Of a stretch of 64,000 nt of DNA, positions 61,722 to 64,000 are shown in pieces. The notes under the pieces are model-generated. The model ran no database searches. It saw only the letters and a program-made list of their open reading frames with translations, and was not told the DNA's origin. The DNA is from a virus. The translations under genes and the position numbers were made by a program. Each line of letters begins with the position of its first letter. The first letter of the stretch is position 1. Location of the stretch: IMG/VR virus record IMGVR_UViG_3300027603_000001, positions 1-64,000 of that record; one strand, 5' to 3'.

Positions 61722-62621
61722 ATGGCTAAAACAGTGGAAACCGACAAACTGCTTGAGGGGTTGACCCTCAATGACGAACAAAGAGCGGCTATGACCGCGA
61801 TTCTCGGTGACGAGAAAAATCTGGAAGCATTCTCGCGGCGTTACTTGAGACGGGATGAAGGTACGCGGTTAGCGCAGGAAGCCGCCGAGGCCAAGCGAGT
61901 AGCGGAAGCTGCTCAAGCTAAAGCTGAAAAAGAATTCAACGAGAGTGAAGCGTATCGCTTGACTCTCACTGATTGGGAAGCGAAAAAGTTGGCAGAACTG
62001 AAAACCAAAGAGGATGCAATAGAGGCTGAGCGCGTGCGATTCAAAGCGGCGTTGTTGGGCGGTGGCATCGATCCTGAAAGCGATGAAGGCCGTCGTCTCG
62101 CCGCGCAACACGCCGACCAACCTCCAGCCTTCGATCCCAAGTCTCTCAAGGGCCAGTACATCGATATGGACATGGGTCGAGAGATTGCCAAACAAGCGAT
62201 TGAGTTGCCACTGCAAATGCCCGCCATTATGGCCCGTCACCAGAAACTTTACGGTACAACCGAAGCGGACTGGGCAGGATTCCAACAGGCAGCGAAAACC
62301 GACTTGCTCACCAAAGGTATCTCAGTCGAAGCTACCGCCGAAACCTTTTTCAAGTTCAAGGACAAGGAAACTGAACTTGCCACGCAGGCGATTGAAGACC
62401 GTATTGCCCGCGAAGTTGAGGACAAGGTAAACGCAGCTCTGTCCGCTGCGAAACTACCCGGTGGTTCGTACAACCCCAATGCCCCAACCGATAAATTATT
62501 TACCGAGGAGTTTGCGGCTCAGACCAAAGACTCTGAATCGGTGCAAGACAAACGCGCGCTTGACCACTTCCTTGTAGCAAATGAGGAATTGCGCAAGGCG
62601 GGCGTGACGATGGAGTATTAG
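61722..62621 (+). CDS. scaffolding protein (putative)
   Basis: 299 aa, Glu/Lys/Ala-rich and helical, directly upstream of the capsid gene. SD GGGAGAAG. Confidence 0.7.
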   Translation: MAKTVETDKLLEGLTLNDEQRAAMTAILGDEKNLEAFSRRYLRRDEGTRLAQEAAEAKRVAEAAQAKAEKEFNESEAYRLTLTDWEAKKLAELKTKEDAIEAERVRFKAALLGGGIDPESDEGRRLAAQHADQPPAFDPKSLKGQYIDMDMGREIAKQAIELPLQMPAIMARHQKLYGTTEADWAGFQQAAKTDLLTKGISVEATAETFFKFKDKETELATQAIEDRIAREVEDKVNAALSAAKLPGGSYNPNAPTDKLFTEEFAAQTKDSESVQDKRALDHFLVANEELRKAGVTMEY

Positions 62622-62688
62622 TGAACACTGCGACCTACACGCCTAGTGCAAGCGTCTCGTGTTCAAACCCTGAACCAAGGAGACGCTT

Positions 62689-63828
62689 ATGTCCATTAAT
62701 ATCAATTGGTTAAACGCGATAACCTACAGAAGTATCAATCCTATCTCAATCGAAGACCTCGTGTTCCGCAAAGGCGCACTGCTTGCCAACCTGCGCAAGA
62801 ACGGGTTTGAGCCGTACACGGGTGGTGTCTCAATGGACACGGCCATGATTTACGACTCGATGATTGGCGGGTTCTATGACACAGGTAGCCCGTTATCCAC
62901 CGAGGTAGTGCAGCCCATCGCCGGTCAGACCTTCACGCCGCGCAAGTCGTACACCACGGTCAGCGAATATCTGGAGAATCTGGCAGTCAACCGTGGGCCA
63001 GCGGCAGTGTTTAGTGCGTTGCGCGTGAAACATCGCGTTGCTATGAACACGCTGAACACCATCTGGAACATTGGGCTATGGTTGCATGGCCAGAACCTCT
63101 CTGGTGACAATCGTTTGCTTTTTACCAATGGTCTTGAGGAAGCGTTGAACGATGGCGTGACCCAAAGCTGGCGTGGCAACATCTTCACATCTTACGGTGG
63201 TCAAACCCGCAACGCGGAAGTTGGCGTCGGCTACAACAGCGTTCCCTACTTTGGCGGCGACTCCACCACTGGCGCGGCTGGTCAGCTTACTTACGACAAG
63301 ATGGTTGACATGCACTTGCGCGGTACAGAAGGCGACCGGATGCCTAACCTCTACATTTCCAATAAGGCAATGTGGGGTTTCGCGCTCAAGCGGGTTCAGG
63401 CCCAGCAACACTTCCGGTTTGACCGTGATATTGGCACTGACGCGGTGTATGGCGCTCGTTCTATCAAGTTTATGAACGGCGATTGGGTAATTGATAATTA
63501 CGCGCCATCGTCCAGCACGCAGTTTGGCTTGAATGAAGCAAAGTTAGGCAACTATCAAACCAGCGCGACGATCACCATTTCTGGCACACCAGCCGCAGGC
63601 AGCAATCTACCGGCTTCGGGCACCTTTGTACCCGGTGAAGTGGTTGCCATGCTCAATACTGACACGTGGAAGTATCGGCTCAGCGACCACCCGTTATTCA
63701 AATTCGGGTTCCGTGACTACGTGCCTAACCAAGTGGACAACTTGATCGTTGGCCGTATTCACGCAATGGGCACGGCATATTGCACTGCGCCTTGGTTGAA
63801 TGTCCTTGGCATGGGCTTTAATTCGTAA
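62689..63828 (+). CDS. major capsid protein (putative)
   Basis: 379 aa with strong SD AAGGAG. Called from its position after the scaffold gene. Confidence 0.7.
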   Translation: MSININWLNAITYRSINPISIEDLVFRKGALLANLRKNGFEPYTGGVSMDTAMIYDSMIGGFYDTGSPLSTEVVQPIAGQTFTPRKSYTTVSEYLENLAVNRGPAAVFSALRVKHRVAMNTLNTIWNIGLWLHGQNLSGDNRLLFTNGLEEALNDGVTQSWRGNIFTSYGGQTRNAEVGVGYNSVPYFGGDSTTGAAGQLTYDKMVDMHLRGTEGDRMPNLYISNKAMWGFALKRVQAQQHFRFDRDIGTDAVYGARSIKFMNGDWVIDNYAPSSSTQFGLNEAKLGNYQTSATITISGTPAAGSNLPASGTFVPGEVVAMLNTDTWKYRLSDHPLFKFGFRDYVPNQVDNLIVGRIHAMGTAYCTAPWLNVLGMGFNS

Positions 63829-63840
63829 GGGAGGCTATCA

Positions 63841-64000
63841 ATGGCAATCGGACTGGCACCTAATGGTGCATATCTCGTAAGCGGCACGCTCAACAACGAG
63901 GATGTTGCCTCAGCTACGTTCAATAGCTTGGCCTACCCAACGGGCCAACTCGGCAAACTCATCACGCTCAGTGACGCGATGGCTGCACGGTTTAGCTATA
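63841..64000 (+). CDS. head-module protein, 3'-truncated by window end
   Basis: ATG after GGGAGG. The frame stays open to the end of the window. Confidence 0.6.
   Translation, partial: MAIGLAPNGAYLVSGTLNNEDVASATFNSLAYPTGQLGKLITLSDAMAARFSY

Noticed and set aside
1-64000. Lysogeny module (integrase, CI-type repressor, att site) or CRISPR array.
   Set aside because: No tyrosine or serine recombinase motifs, no long repressor-like HTH protein, and no regularly spaced 25-40-nt repeats were found. AlpA-like and RHH proteins alone do not establish temperance.

Overview
The whole 64-kb window reads as one gene-dense tailed dsDNA phage genome, possibly most of the genome. I found no rRNA, convincing tRNA, CRISPR array, integrase, reverse transcriptase, DNA polymerase or RNA polymerase. 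All domain calls come from motifs read by eye, with no searches run. There are three transcription blocks. (1) The plus strand 30-27219 carries a tail, ejection and lysis module. It holds a 1304-aa tail protein, a T7-like series of internal-virion protein candidates (up to 1507 aa), and three tailspike/fibre genes: a pectate-lyase-like beta-helix, a 1556-aa beta-helix plus about nine FN3 domains, and a fibre with a C-terminal S74 chaperone domain. These are followed by a long run of membrane and secreted proteins around a GH19-like endolysin, then a GIY-YIG homing endonuclease. (2) The minus strand 27311-48308 carries about 60 small, translationally coupled early genes (ATGA/TAATG overlaps), many with Cys4 zinc ribbons. 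Among them are a beta-class DPPY DNA methyltransferase, a short C5-methyltransferase-like gene, and a recombination module: ERCC4-like nuclease, Cas4-like Fe-S PD-(D/E)XK nuclease, and a RecA/Sak4-like ATPase. This block is interrupted by a plus-strand replication cassette at 38710-40447 (AlpA-like HTH, Zn protein, P4/D5-type SF3 helicase). The cassette has divergent consensus promoters on one side and an inverted-repeat/AT-rich candidate origin on the other. (3) The plus strand 48487-64000 starts at a regulatory region rich in GTGYAC sites. It continues with an RHH protein, a second GIY-YIG nuclease, a low-GC accessory cassette with its own duplicated promoters, an antisense HNH endonuclease, then large terminase, portal, scaffold and major capsid genes. 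The items most worth follow-up are: a roughly 670-nt stretch without convincing coding capacity and with nested helices (30110-30779); direct repeats flanking the adjacent ORF; the self-promoted moron-like cassette at 50.7-52.4 kb; Sec-type signal peptides on five of the six consecutive ORFs at 11345-21603 (spike, fibre and small downstream genes); and the candidate origin next to the SF3 helicase.
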